64,000 nt of DNA from assembly GCA_029261055.1 (NCBI GenBank), contig JAJDCA010000044.1, positions 13,867-77,866 of the forward strand. The letters are read 5' to 3'. Shown here piece by piece: positions 22,155 through 32,837 of this stretch (positions are counted from its first letter, which is position 1; every line of letters starts with the position of its first letter). The notes under the pieces are model-generated. The model saw nothing but the letters and a program-made list of their open reading frames with translations. It was not told the origin of the DNA and did not search any database. A program made the translations under genes and the position numbers. Origin of the DNA: Candidatus Omnitrophota bacterium. Lineage in GTDB: Bacteria > Omnitrophota > Gorgyraeia > Zapsychrales > Zapsychraceae.

Positions 22155-23270
22155 ATGAAACAATTACGCAAAAACCGCATTCTTAAATCATTATCTTCAA
22201 TAAAAATCACAGTTATTTGTTTATCTTTATTGTTTATCCTTACATTGTGGGGCACTATTGATCAGGTGAATAATGGTCTTTATTTAGCCCAGGAACGTTT
22301 TTTTAATTCACTGATTTTTTTAATTGGAGGGTATGTTCCATTTCCCGGGGCAAGATTGGTGCTTTGGGTGTTGTTTATTAATTTAGTTTCTGCTTCGATC
22401 ACTCGCCTTGTGTACCGGTGGCGTCAGGCCGGTATCATCCTGATTCATTCGGGGCTTTTATTATTTTTTGTAGCGGCCTTTGTGACATTTCATGGCACTG
22501 AAGAATCACAATTAACTTTGTCGGAAGGCGAAGGACGTAATGTTTCAGCCAATTACAATCAATGGGAATTGTCGGTGTGGGAAATAAAGAAATCCAACAA
22601 AAATGTTTTTGCTTATCCAACAAAGAATTTTTCTGTCGGAGATCGGGTGGAATTTACACCCCATGATTTTTCTGTCAGAATTGATGCGTATTACCCTAAT
22701 AGCGAAGCATTTTTAGCTGGCGAAGGGCAGACGTCTGTTTTGGTGAACCCTTCAAATATTCAAGTGGTAAAACCGATTCCTGTGGACAAAGAACCTGAAA
22801 GAAATGTTCCCGGCGGCATATTCTCAGTGTATGGAACTGATCAAAAAGATTTACGCATTCTTCTTTATGGTGGCGAAAATGTACCTGCCATCATTACAAA
22901 AAATAATAAGACGTATGCTATGCAGTTGCGTCATAAACGACATGTGCTGCCATTTATTTTGAAACTCAAAGATTTTCGCATGGAGGTCCACCCAAATACA
23001 GAGATGGCACGCAGCTATGAAAGCTTAGTTGAAGTCATTTCAAATGACACAAGCCGTGAAGTCTTGATTTCCATGAATGAACCTTTACGGTACAAAGATT
23101 TTACCTTTTATCAAGCCTCGTACGCGATGGATCAATTTGGCCGGGAACTCTCAACACTTGCCGTGGTCAAAAATTCCGGACGTTTATTACCCTATGTGGC
23201 CAGTTTAGCCACCTTTGCAGGATTATTACTTCATTTAATTCTCATGGCGTTTGGAGGGAAGAAAAGATGA
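22155..23270 (+). CDS. resB: ResB/CcsB-like cytochrome c biogenesis protein
   Basis: N-terminal TMs with WGT, LIHSG (TM His), ISMNEPLRY--FYQASY. Confidence 0.8.
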   Translation: MKQLRKNRILKSLSSIKITVICLSLLFILTLWGTIDQVNNGLYLAQERFFNSLIFLIGGYVPFPGARLVLWVLFINLVSASITRLVYRWRQAGIILIHSGLLLFFVAAFVTFHGTEESQLTLSEGEGRNVSANYNQWELSVWEIKKSNKNVFAYPTKNFSVGDRVEFTPHDFSVRIDAYYPNSEAFLAGEGQTSVLVNPSNIQVVKPIPVDKEPERNVPGGIFSVYGTDQKDLRILLYGGENVPAIITKNNKTYAMQLRHKRHVLPFILKLKDFRMEVHPNTEMARSYESLVEVISNDTSREVLISMNEPLRYKDFTFYQASYAMDQFGRELSTLAVVKNSGRLLPYVASLATFAGLLLHLILMAFGGKKR

Positions 23271-25216
23271 AATTTAATTTATTAGGGCATGATAAATCAT
23301 GCCCGTACAACGGTAGGGGCATGACCTGCCTGCCGGTAGGCAAGGTTCATCATGCCCGATATTTGCTTCTCCTTGTATTTTGTTTTAATTTTGGGGGAAT
23401 GTCCGCATCTGCTCAATCCACTGTTAATCTCGATACTTTCAAAAACATCCCTATTTTAGATGAAGGCCGGGTTAAACCTTTGGATACCTACGCGCAAAAT
23501 CTTCTCTTGCGGTTTTCTGGCCGACGCAGCTTTGATCGTAAACCGGCTATTGAATGGCTGGCGCGTCTTTTGCTTGATTCGGATAGTGTAAGGGATGACA
23601 AAATTTTTATGATTAATTCGTTGGATATTCCCATGGCCTTGAAAATTGAACCGGCAAAAAAACGCCGGTACAGTTATGCGCAAATTGAGCCGGAATTTGT
23701 AAAAATTATTCAGCTGGCGGAAGTCGCTGAAACAATCGCGGAAAAAGAACGCTCTATTGTGGAGCAAGAAGTTTTACGTCTGTATTACAATATGATGCAA
23801 TATGCAAAATTAACCCAGGCATTGTCATTTGCCAGGCCGCATGACGATTTTCATGTGCATGACGCAGCATTGCGTAAAAAAATTCATTTGCCTGCAGAGC
23901 AAACCAAATTTAGCTTTTGGGATATTGTTACACGCTCTGAACATCTCTACGCTTTAACGGAAAAATTAGAAGACACAACGCCGGAGTTTTGGTCAGAGGG
24001 GGATAAGGCCTTGATGGGGCTGGTTTCAAATTTGTATCAATGGTCTCTGCTGTACCACAAAATTCCTTTTGCGGTTGTTCCTACGGATATTGCGGAGGAT
24101 GAAACCTGGTTAAGCCCTTGGGATATTTTACGTGAGAATTTTCACAATGAAATAATCCGAAAAGAAATTGGTTTGTTGCATACCATTGCGGTAGGGTATC
24201 GCACAAAAGATCAGAAAATGTTTGATGCGGCCGCCAAAGCCTTTACGGATTCACTTGCGGGACGTGTCATTAAAAAGCAAAGAAAAAATATTGAAAAAAT
24301 CCCTCTTGAATTGCAATACAATAAAAGGCATTTCTTTTTATGGGCTAAATTATTGTATGGATTGGCATTTTTCCTATTTCTTTTTTCATTTTTTAAGTCG
24401 ACACCAATTCTTCGTGCGGCCTCTCTTTGGATTATTGGCGTAGGGTTTGCTTCGCAGCTGACTGGGGTTATCATGCGATGTATTATTATGTCCCGACCGC
24501 CGGTAACGAATCTTTATGAGACATTTGTGTTTGTAGGTTTAATTTGTGTTCTTCTTGGTGTTATTGTGGAATTAGTTAATAAACGATGGCTTGGAATCAT
24601 GGTCGCTAGTCTTTTAGGCCTGCTATTTCTCATGATTTCTGCGAAATTTAGCGCAGAAGGGGATACCATGCGAATGATGGTGGCCGTGTTGGATTCCAAT
24701 TTTTGGTTGGCTACCCATGTTGTCACCATTACAATCGGGTATGCCGGATGTTCCGTGGCGGGTTTAATAGGGCATATGTATTTAATCCAGCGCATGATGC
24801 CATCATGCAATGCGCAAACCTTGCAATCGACCTACCGTAATCTTTTGGGCACGTTAATTTTTGGACTGGCCACGACATTTTTGGGAACTTTTCTTGGAGG
24901 CATTTGGGCGGATCAATCGTGGGGTCGTTTTTGGGGATGGGATCCCAAAGAGAATGGAGCCTTATTGATTGTTTTGTGGTGTAGTATTATTCTTCATGCC
25001 AAAGTTGGGCGTCTCATCGGACAAAAGGGAGTGGCCATTTTTAGCGCCTTAGGTCTGATCGTAGTCATGTGGGCCTGGTTTGGGGTTAATCTTTTGAACG
25101 TTGGCTTGCATTCCTACGGATTTACATCAGGTATTGCGACAGGCCTGATTGTGTATGTCATTGCTGAAATTATTTTTCTTACATTTAGTGGGTTCTATCT
25201 TAGAAAAAAGACATAA
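23267..25216 (+). CDS. ccsA: Cytochrome c biogenesis protein CcsA/ResC
   Basis: GRVKP, RPPVTNLYE, WLATHV, WADQSWGRFWGWDPKE (WWD), GLHSYG. Confidence 0.92.
   Translation: MKFNLLGHDKSCPYNGRGMTCLPVGKVHHARYLLLLVFCFNFGGMSASAQSTVNLDTFKNIPILDEGRVKPLDTYAQNLLLRFSGRRSFDRKPAIEWLARLLLDSDSVRDDKIFMINSLDIPMALKIEPAKKRRYSYAQIEPEFVKIIQLAEVAETIAEKERSIVEQEVLRLYYNMMQYAKLTQALSFARPHDDFHVHDAALRKKIHLPAEQTKFSFWDIVTRSEHLYALTEKLEDTTPEFWSEGDKALMGLVSNLYQWSLLYHKIPFAVVPTDIAEDETWLSPWDILRENFHNEIIRKEIGLLHTIAVGYRTKDQKMFDAAAKAFTDSLAGRVIKKQRKNIEKIPLELQYNKRHFFLWAKLLYGLAFFLFLFSFFKSTPILRAASLWIIGVGFASQLTGVIMRCIIMSRPPVTNLYETFVFVGLICVLLGVIVELVNKRWLGIMVASLLGLLFLMISAKFSAEGDTMRMMVAVLDSNFWLATHVVTITIGYAGCSVAGLIGHMYLIQRMMPSCNAQTLQSTYRNLLGTLIFGLATTFLGTFLGGIWADQSWGRFWGWDPKENGALLIVLWCSIILHAKVGRLIGQKGVAIFSALGLIVVMWAWFGVNLLNVGLHSYGFTSGIATGLIVYVIAEIIFLTFSGFYLRKKT
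23285..23357. repeat. REP doublet with a nested second palindrome inside the ccsA 5' end
   Basis: gggcatgataaatcatgcccgtac...gtaggggcatga[cctgcctgccggtaggcaagg]ttcatcatgccc. Confidence 0.8.
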
Positions 25217-25252
25217 CTTTATCATTGTTAATATTAAAACGGAGAAAATAAA

Positions 25253-25417
25253 ATGTTTAAATTAGGTTTCCCGGAATTGATTATTGTTTTTTTGGCTGTG
25301 CTTTTGTTGTTTGGAGCTAAGGCTTTGCCGGAGATTGCCCGTGGATTAGCCAAAGGCATTCGAGGTTTTAAAAAAGGGATGCAGGATATTGTTGAAGATG
25401 AAAAGGATAAAAGTTAG
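25253..25417 (+). CDS. tatA: Twin-arginine translocase subunit TatA (not in ORF track, 54 aa)
   Basis: Translated by hand: MFKLGFPELIIVFLAVLLLFGAKALPEIARGLAKGIRGFKKGM...; SD ggag. Confidence 0.9.
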   Translation: MFKLGFPELIIVFLAVLLLFGAKALPEIARGLAKGIRGFKKGMQDIVEDEKDKS

Positions 25418-25419
25418 TC

Positions 25420-26625
25420 ATGGTTTCTGTGCAAGAAGCAGAATTAATTATTTCTCAAAATCTTGAAATTTCTCCAGCCATCAGAGTTCCTTTGAGTGAA
25501 GCCTTTGGATGTATTTTACGACAAGATATTGCCGCTGATCGCGATGTGCCGCCATTCCACAGGGTTGCAATGGATGGGATAGCGATCCTTTTTTCATCTT
25601 GGCAGGATGGGAATTTAAATTTTGTTATCGAAGGTATTCAGAAAGCCGGGAGTCCTGTCCTCACCTTGAAAGATCCAAAAAATTGCTTTGAGGTAACGAC
25701 CGGTGCCATGCTACCCAATGGGTGTGACTGTGTAATCCCTGTTGAAAATATTATTATTGAAGGCGATGTGGCAAAGTTGCGTGAGGGATTTAAATTATCT
25801 CCTATGCAAAATGTTCACAGGAAAGGTTCCGATAATAAGGAAGGAGATGTTCTTCTTTCCAAAGGAGCCGTTCTTTTATCACCACAAATTGCAGCGGCAG
25901 CTTCCGTTGGTCAGCAAAACATTCAAGTTTCCCAATCTCCTAAAATTGCCGTGGTAGGGACAGGTGATGAATTGGTCGATATTAATGAAATGCCGGCGCC
26001 CTATCAAATTCGTCAATCCAATGCATATGCCATCCAATCAGCTCTTATCTTACGGGGATTTCGTCATGTTCATCGATTTCATATTAAGGATGATGAAAAA
26101 GAATTGCATGACGGCTTACATAAAATGCTTGAAGATTTTGATTTTGTGATTTTAAGCGGTGGGGTCTCCATGGGAAAATTTGACTTTGTTCCGCAGGTGT
26201 TAAACGAACTTGGCGTAAAAGTTTTATTTCATAAAGTTAAGCAACGTCCAGGAAAACCTTTTTGGTTTGGTAAAAATATTGAAGGGAAATTAGTTTTTGC
26301 GCTGCCAGGAAATCCTGTTTCGACACAAATTTGTTTTTATCGATATGTCATGCCTCATTTAATCAAATCTTTAGGTATCCCAGAACATCATAAAGAATAT
26401 GCCATCTTAGCCACTGATGTTGAAATTAAAACATCTCTTAGGTATTTTCAATCCGTTAAAATTCAGCACACTCACGACGGCCGCATAATGGCTGAACCGG
26501 TTTACCTTAATGGTTCCGGGGACTATGCTTCTTTAGCGAGGAGTGATGGTTTTGTTGAGTTGGAAGAGTCTACTCACCATTTTCCCAAAGGGACAATAGC
26601 CCCTTTGTACCGCTGGAAAATCTAA
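25420..26625 (+). CDS. moeA: Molybdopterin molybdotransferase
   Basis: PPFHRVAMDG, TGAMLP, TGDEL, SGGVSMGKFD, RPGKP, LPGNPVS. Confidence 0.93.
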   Translation: MVSVQEAELIISQNLEISPAIRVPLSEAFGCILRQDIAADRDVPPFHRVAMDGIAILFSSWQDGNLNFVIEGIQKAGSPVLTLKDPKNCFEVTTGAMLPNGCDCVIPVENIIIEGDVAKLREGFKLSPMQNVHRKGSDNKEGDVLLSKGAVLLSPQIAAAASVGQQNIQVSQSPKIAVVGTGDELVDINEMPAPYQIRQSNAYAIQSALILRGFRHVHRFHIKDDEKELHDGLHKMLEDFDFVILSGGVSMGKFDFVPQVLNELGVKVLFHKVKQRPGKPFWFGKNIEGKLVFALPGNPVSTQICFYRYVMPHLIKSLGIPEHHKEYAILATDVEIKTSLRYFQSVKIQHTHDGRIMAEPVYLNGSGDYASLARSDGFVELEESTHHFPKGTIAPLYRWKI

Positions 26626-26673
26626 CATCGATCGCTGTTAATGCTAATCAAGAAAATTTTTCAAAAGAAGAAA

Positions 26674-27564
26674 TTATGCGTTAGACTTCTTTAGCATCAT
26701 TTCATAAAAAGTTTTTGTGGATTTTGTGAAGGTTTTACCTTTAGGATGGAGAATACCGAGAGGTCTTGTTAAGGTCAAATCTTTAACAGGAATAATTTCT
26801 AAAGTTTTGTTTTTTAATTCTTGAATAATTGTATTCCGTGGCACAATTCCACATCCCATTCCCAATTCAACCGCACTTTTTAAAGTTTCAATATTGTCAT
26901 ATTCATGTATTACATTTGGATAAGTTTTTTTAGTCCTAAATAATTCATGAATGACCTTCCCAGTCGGTGTACTTAAGGCAAAATTAATAAACCGTATTTG
27001 ATTAAGATCTTTTAGGGAAATACTTCTTTTAGATATGATCGGTCGTTCAGGAGATTGGACAAGTACTAATTTATTTGTATCAAAAGTTCTAGATATGAGG
27101 CTCGCTGATTTTTTGGGAAAGGCAACTAGGCCAAAATCAATACTCCTATTTAAAATCATTTCATAAATAGTATTATTGGGATGGTATTCCAAATGGATAT
27201 TGACTTTCGGATATTTTCGCAAAAATCGCCGTACAATGGGTTGTAATTCATGTAAACCAATAGAATAAATCGTGGCAATATGAATAGTTCCGTTAAAATG
27301 GTTAACTGTTTCTTGCATCCGCATTTTTGCTTCCGCATACTGCTTAAGAATGTCTTCAGCATAGGTTAAGAAAATACGACCGGCAGGGGTAAGAGAGATT
27401 CGTTTACCTTGACGCTCAAAAAGAGAGAGCCCAAATTTCTTTTCTAAAATGCGAATATGCTGCGAAACAGCCGGCTGCGTAATAAAGTTTCGTTCGGCTG
27501 TAATACGAAATGACCCAGTCTTAGCAACGGAAACAAAGCTTTTAATAAAGAATAAATCAACCAT
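26674..27564 (-). CDS. LysR-family transcriptional regulator
   Basis: HTH GSF-TAE--FITQPAVSQHIR-LE; divergent from the Mo-enzyme operon; likely start 27564. Confidence 0.92.
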   Translation of the reverse strand: MVDLFFIKSFVSVAKTGSFRITAERNFITQPAVSQHIRILEKKFGLSLFERQGKRISLTPAGRIFLTYAEDILKQYAEAKMRMQETVNHFNGTIHIATIYSIGLHELQPIVRRFLRKYPKVNIHLEYHPNNTIYEMILNRSIDFGLVAFPKKSASLISRTFDTNKLVLVQSPERPIISKRSISLKDLNQIRFINFALSTPTGKVIHELFRTKKTYPNVIHEYDNIETLKSAVELGMGCGIVPRNTIIQELKNKTLEIIPVKDLTLTRPLGILHPKGKTFTKSTKTFYEMMLKKSNA

Positions 27565-27580
27565 AATTAGAAATAATACC

Positions 27581-27639
27581 ATAAGGGTAACCCATTAGCA
27601 ATGCTTATTAGAACTATTAGATATAAACCGTATGGTTAT
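27581..27639. promoter_or_regulatory. Candidate LysR T-N11-A boxes in the divergent promoter
   Basis: ataagggtaacccat, attagcaatgcttat, ataaaccgtatggttat. Confidence 0.4.
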
Positions 27640-27715
27640 TTAAAAATTTCATTAGAATAAAAATATATTAAATATTAAATATGGTTCCCAATCCAATAAA
27701 AAAAAGGGGGGCTTT

Positions 27716-28462
27716 ATGAGTAATGATCAGGAAAAACAGCAAAAAGCACGCCGGGGGTTTTTAAAGAAGTCAGCTATGGCTGTGGCAGGGGCCGCAACTA
27801 TGGCAACCTTGGGTGGTGTTGCAACAGCCATCACAGAACCAAAGAAAACAAAAAAGCGGTTAGCCATGCTCATTGATTTAAGGCGCTGCATCGGTTGCGA
27901 TACGTGCTCCGTGTCGTGTAAATCAGAATCCAATGTTAGACTTGGCGCATTTCGATCCCATGTGAATAAAGTAGAAAAAGGGACCTACCCGAATGTAAAA
28001 AGATTTTTCCTGCCAAGGATGTGTAATCACTGCGACAATTCTACTTGTTCTCTTGTCTGCCCTACAAGCGCGACTTATAAGAGAGAAGACGGTGTCGTGA
28101 TGATCGATAAAGACAAGTGCATAGGTTGTCGTGCATGTATAAATTCTTGCCCGTACGGTGCGAGATATTTTAATTGGAGCGATGACAAGTCCGGCAGTAA
28201 ATCACGAACACATGGTACGGTGGATAAATGTGATATGTGTGTTCATAGAGTGGACAAAGGAATCGTACCTTCATGTGTCAATTCTTGCCCAGAAAATGCT
28301 CGTATCTTTGGGGACATGAATGACCCTAATAGTGAAATCAGTCAAGCTCTTGCCAAAAATGCAGTGGATACATTGCTTCCGGACAAAGGGACAAAGCCAC
28401 ATGTTTTTTATATCGGCCTAGAATCGGATGCTGTTAAAGATCTCTTGAAAGGGGGGCGATAA
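27716..28462 (+). CDS. TtrB/NrfC/PsrB-like 4x[4Fe-4S] subunit with Tat signal
   Basis: RRGFLK; CIGCDTC, CNHC, CIGCRAC and CDMC motifs. Confidence 0.88.
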   Translation: MSNDQEKQQKARRGFLKKSAMAVAGAATMATLGGVATAITEPKKTKKRLAMLIDLRRCIGCDTCSVSCKSESNVRLGAFRSHVNKVEKGTYPNVKRFFLPRMCNHCDNSTCSLVCPTSATYKREDGVVMIDKDKCIGCRACINSCPYGARYFNWSDDKSGSKSRTHGTVDKCDMCVHRVDKGIVPSCVNSCPENARIFGDMNDPNSEISQALAKNAVDTLLPDKGTKPHVFYIGLESDAVKDLLKGGR

Positions 28463-28463
28463 A

Positions 28464-29594
28464 ATGAAAAAAATCTGGTTAGCTGTACTTTCAATCTTGA
28501 TTGTTGTCGGGTTTATTAAAATGGGACACCTGTTAAGTGTCGGTCAAATCACGACCAATGCCAATGATAAAATACCGTGGGGCCTTGATGCGGTTGTTTA
28601 TATGTTTACGGCTGGTCTAGGTGCGGCTGCATTTATCATGGCCACACTGAGCTTATTTGGTATTAATACATTTAAGCCGATCGCCAAGGTCGCCCTTATT
28701 CTTTCTATTGTTTTAGTAGGTATTGCTCCGGTTAATCTGCTTTTAGGCATGGGGCATCCAGGTAAATTTTGGATGATTTTTCTTACACCCAATTTTACCT
28801 CAATCATTGTCCTAGGCGCCTATTTATTACTTGCTTTCACAATAGTGAGTTGTCTATTTGCTTATTTCACTCTACGCCGAGATATGCCGGGAAAATCTTT
28901 ATCACCGGCGGAAATAGCAGGAGACGATAAAAAAATTAAAATTCTGGGTTTAATCGGCCTTCCGATTGCTTTATTTGTTATTGGGTATACCGGCGTATTA
29001 CTTGGGTTATCCCGAGCACGAATTCTTTGGTCAACATCGTTGATGCCGGTTATTTTCTTTGTATCATCGATCATTTCTGCCATCGCATTGCTTATCATTA
29101 TTTCAAAAATTCTTCAAACAAAATGTGGTTTTGATATCAAAGAAACTTTATTTGATCATCTTGGCAAATTAATGCTTGCCGGCATATTGTTTGACGTGCT
29201 TTTTTTGTCAGGAGAAATATTGACTGGGATTTATGGGCGATCCGGCGATCATTATGAAGCCTGGTCTGTTTTATTATTCGGTCAACATGCTTTAAACTTT
29301 TATCTTTTTCAAATTTTTATCGGGGCCATTATTCCGATTTATCTTTTGCTTAAACAGAAGACTTCGCAAAAGATGGTATTAGCGGCCGTTTGTGCTCTGA
29401 TCGGAGTTTTTGCTATGCGTTACAATGTCATCATCGGTGGACAAGTTGTCCAATCATCAGGTGGTCCTTTAGGTCAATATATTCCGAATCTTGATGAATG
29501 GTTAGTATCCATTGGACTATGGGCCGTAAGCGGGTTGTTACTTACTTTTGCAATCAATCGGCTCCCTTTAAAACCTTCCATGGGGAATAATTAG
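28464..29594 (+). CDS. NrfD/PsrC/TtrC-family quinol-interacting membrane anchor
   Basis: PWG motif, MGHP, YTG, RY-V-IGGQ; multiple TM helices. Confidence 0.85.
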   Translation: MKKIWLAVLSILIVVGFIKMGHLLSVGQITTNANDKIPWGLDAVVYMFTAGLGAAAFIMATLSLFGINTFKPIAKVALILSIVLVGIAPVNLLLGMGHPGKFWMIFLTPNFTSIIVLGAYLLLAFTIVSCLFAYFTLRRDMPGKSLSPAEIAGDDKKIKILGLIGLPIALFVIGYTGVLLGLSRARILWSTSLMPVIFFVSSIISAIALLIIISKILQTKCGFDIKETLFDHLGKLMLAGILFDVLFLSGEILTGIYGRSGDHYEAWSVLLFGQHALNFYLFQIFIGAIIPIYLLLKQKTSQKMVLAAVCALIGVFAMRYNVIIGGQVVQSSGGPLGQYIPNLDEWLVSIGLWAVSGLLLTFAINRLPLKPSMGNN

Positions 29595-29606
29595 GAGAAA
29601 GCACAT

Positions 29607-32168
29607 ATGAAAAAAATTAATCGACGTGATTTTTTCAAACTAGCCGGCTCCTCTGCTTTATTAGCCGGTTTATTCCCCGCCACGGGGTTCGGTGCACTAA
29701 GAGGAAATGTTAAGTTTAAACAAGGCGGCGAAGATTTTTCGCCGGACACCAACCGTATTCGAAAAAGCATTCCCTCTGCCTGCTGGCAATGCGTTTCGAG
29801 AGATTCATCTTTGTGTTATGTCGAAGATGATCGCTTAGTAAAAATTGAAGGCAATCCGAAAGCCATCCGCAATCGAGGTAAACTTTGTGCCAAAGGACAG
29901 GCCGGGATTAACCAGGTTTATGACCCTGATCGTGTTCTGTATCCGTTTCGCAGAAAAAAAGGAACGCCTCGCGGTGGTGGACAATGGGAAAGAATTTCTT
30001 GGGAAGAAGCTTATGATGACCTTACCAGCCATTTACAGCCTTTACTTGATAAAGGGGAACCAGAGAAATTTATGTTCCATTACGGACGAATGAAAGGCTC
30101 CGATAGTAAAATTGTTAAAAGCTGTTTTTTGGCGGCCTTTGGAACAAAGACAATTGGCAACCATACCTCTATTTGTGAAGCAGCTAAATGGACAGGTCAA
30201 GAGCTCGTTTGGGGTAAACATTACGATATTAATGATGTGGAGCATACCAAAATGATTCTTAATTTTGGGTGTAATTTTTTTGAAGCCCACACGTCCCATA
30301 TTCAATTATCACAACGCACAACAAATGCCCTTATGAATGGGGCTAAGCTGTACACATTCGATGTGCGCTTGTCTAACACGGCGGCTAAAAGTACGGAATG
30401 GCTTCCGGTGAAACCAGGGACAGATTTACCCATTATTCTGGCCATGAGTAAAGTCATTATGGATGCTGGGTTACAGAATGATGATTTTATTAATAAATGG
30501 ACTAATGTTACGCCGCAACAAATTAAGAAATTTTTGGATGAAGGAAATTATACCCCTAAGTGGGCTGAAGAACTTAGTGGTGTGCCTGCAGAAAAGATCA
30601 AAAGTTTGGCGATTCAATTTGCCAAAACAAGACCGAGTACCCTAGTTACATACAGAGGCGCTGTTGCGCATTTTCATGGCGCTAACGTGGAGCGTGCCGC
30701 AAAAATGTTGGATGCTATCTGTGGAAATATCAATATTAAGGGTGGAACAAATCAAGCCGTTGGGGCCTCATGGAAATATCCGAAACCAAAACATCCCCCC
30801 AAAGCGCATAAATTAAAAATTATTGATGGTGTTGGAATTAGTTTACCTACCCATCATGCCAGTCACATGGTGTTGCGCATGATTAAGGAAGCTCCGGCCA
30901 ATAAACGACCAGCAATTTATATGCATTATTGTTATGAACCGGTTTATGCAAATGGGAATGTGCAAGAAAGCATTGATATTCTCAAAGATGAAAGTATTAT
31001 TCCTTATGTCGTATCTGTAAATCCGTTTTATTCCGAAAGTGCCTCTTTGGCTGACCTGATCATACCAGATGTGACCTATCTTGAACGTTGGTCTTGGGAT
31101 GATATGGTTTCTTACGAATTGATTCCGGAATATTATCTTCGTCAACCTGTTGTTAAACCGTTAGGTGAAAGTCGACAGTTTCAAGATGTGTGTATTGAGT
31201 TAGCCAAACGGCTTAGGCTAAACGGGAAACCGTTGGATATGGGGGGATACACCTCGACGCTTGATTTTATTAAAAAATCTTGTGTCAAGACCAGTAAAAA
31301 ATTAGGTCAAACATTAGATTTCAATCAATTAGCTAAAGATGGTGTTTGGGTGCCTCAAGGATTAAAACCTAAATATCATGCTCATGCCAAAGCCCTTTCT
31401 TTAGAAGAAAAAGGCAGCATCATTCTTGATGAAAAGACAGGCACATTTTGGGATTGGAAAAAATCCAAAGCCAAGTCTGTTGAAGAGGCGAAAGCAAAAG
31501 GTTATTCAAAAACAAAAAATAGTTATAAAGGATACAAAGGGCAAAAATTCGACCATGGTATTTTTCAAGGGTTTAAACCGGACAAAGTGAATAAATCCGG
31601 AAAATTTGAAATTTATTCAGAAATTATGAAGGATAAAGGATTTAATCCTTGGCCAGTATGGGAAGCTATTCCTGAACATAAAAAAATGGCGGCCAACGAA
31701 TTAATTTTGACTTCATTCAAAGTGGCGGTGCAAGCACACTCCCGTACACAAAACTGTAAATGGTTAACCGAATTATATCATGATAACCCTGCCTGGTTAA
31801 ATACGGTTACGGCTAATCGTTTGGGTTTGAAAGATGGCGATGCTATTGAAGTAAGTCAAGTTAAAAAGTCGTCAGGCAAATCAAATTACACGCAGCCTGT
31901 TAAAAAATCCATTCAAACCAAGGTTCGTGTTACAGAAGGTATTCACCCCGGGACAATAAGTATTTCTCACCATATGGGACATTGGCAGTATGGTTTGATG
32001 GCTTCCGGTAAAAAAGCCGCCACGGGGCATGTGGCGGATGAAGATCGAAAACATAAATGGTGGAAAGAAAAAGGAGTGCATGTGAATTGGATTATCCCTA
32101 ACGCTCCGGATCCCATCAGCGGACAAATTCGCATGAGCGACACGGTCGTAACAGTGAGTAAAGTTTAA
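29607..32168 (+). CDS. Tat-exported Mo/W-bisPGD oxidoreductase of the Psr/Ttr/Srd/Arr clade, substrate unknown
   Basis: NRRDFFK Tat motif; CWQCVSRD...KLCAKG Fe-S motif; NHTSICE Cys ligand; HSRTQN C-terminal domain. Confidence 0.85.
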   Translation: MKKINRRDFFKLAGSSALLAGLFPATGFGALRGNVKFKQGGEDFSPDTNRIRKSIPSACWQCVSRDSSLCYVEDDRLVKIEGNPKAIRNRGKLCAKGQAGINQVYDPDRVLYPFRRKKGTPRGGGQWERISWEEAYDDLTSHLQPLLDKGEPEKFMFHYGRMKGSDSKIVKSCFLAAFGTKTIGNHTSICEAAKWTGQELVWGKHYDINDVEHTKMILNFGCNFFEAHTSHIQLSQRTTNALMNGAKLYTFDVRLSNTAAKSTEWLPVKPGTDLPIILAMSKVIMDAGLQNDDFINKWTNVTPQQIKKFLDEGNYTPKWAEELSGVPAEKIKSLAIQFAKTRPSTLVTYRGAVAHFHGANVERAAKMLDAICGNINIKGGTNQAVGASWKYPKPKHPPKAHKLKIIDGVGISLPTHHASHMVLRMIKEAPANKRPAIYMHYCYEPVYANGNVQESIDILKDESIIPYVVSVNPFYSESASLADLIIPDVTYLERWSWDDMVSYELIPEYYLRQPVVKPLGESRQFQDVCIELAKRLRLNGKPLDMGGYTSTLDFIKKSCVKTSKKLGQTLDFNQLAKDGVWVPQGLKPKYHAHAKALSLEEKGSIILDEKTGTFWDWKKSKAKSVEEAKAKGYSKTKNSYKGYKGQKFDHGIFQGFKPDKVNKSGKFEIYSEIMKDKGFNPWPVWEAIPEHKKMAANELILTSFKVAVQAHSRTQNCKWLTELYHDNPAWLNTVTANRLGLKDGDAIEVSQVKKSSGKSNYTQPVKKSIQTKVRVTEGIHPGTISISHHMGHWQYGLMASGKKAATGHVADEDRKHKWWKEKGVHVNWIIPNAPDPISGQIRMSDTVVTVSKV

Positions 32169-32788
32169 TGATTCAAATGACAGACATATCCATCCAGGAA
32201 CAAGCCGGTATTTATGCTTTTTTAAAAATGGTTTTTGCCACGGAACCATCATCGGCTTTACTGGCATACCTGCAAACGCCTGCGGTCTTAGAAAGTTTTA
32301 AGGTCGCAGGCGTCTGTATTGAAAAAAAAGAACTCGATGTATCAGAATTGTCAAAATTGCAAGCAGATTACACCCAATTATTCATTGGTCCCAAAAAGCA
32401 CATTGCCCTCAATGAAGCAATTTACATCGAACAAACACCACAGTTTTGGGGAGAGGCGACTGTTCAACTTAATAAACTTATTAAATATCTTGGCCTGGAA
32501 TTAGATGAACATTGGACAAGGATGCCTGATCATATTGCTATTGAGTTTGAACTCATGCAAAAATTGTTGGAAGCAAAAATTAAAGCCGTGGATTCAAATG
32601 ATCAGTCAAGTGTTGAGCAATGTACCAAAGCGATAAACAATCTATTTAAAGATCACATTATTAAATGGGTCCCCCAAGTTTGCACCCAAGTGATTGATCG
32701 TGCTCAGACAAATACATACAAAGCTATCGGCACGTGGACAAAAATGTTTATAGAATTTTCACAAGAAATTCATAAAAATTTCACATAA
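32168..32788 (+). CDS. TorD/DmsD-family maturation chaperone
   Basis: YTQLFIGP, PDHIAIEFE, HIIKW. Confidence 0.88.
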   Translation: MIQMTDISIQEQAGIYAFLKMVFATEPSSALLAYLQTPAVLESFKVAGVCIEKKELDVSELSKLQADYTQLFIGPKKHIALNEAIYIEQTPQFWGEATVQLNKLIKYLGLELDEHWTRMPDHIAIEFELMQKLLEAKIKAVDSNDQSSVEQCTKAINNLFKDHIIKWVPQVCTQVIDRAQTNTYKAIGTWTKMFIEFSQEIHKNFT

Positions 32789-32837
32789 TTAAACTATACT
32801 TATCCAAAAAAAATCAACAAAATACAAAGGAGGGAAA

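Noticed and set aside
29607-32168. Firm call as arrA, ttrA or psrA
   Set aside because: Motifs match none exactly; a phylogeny is needed
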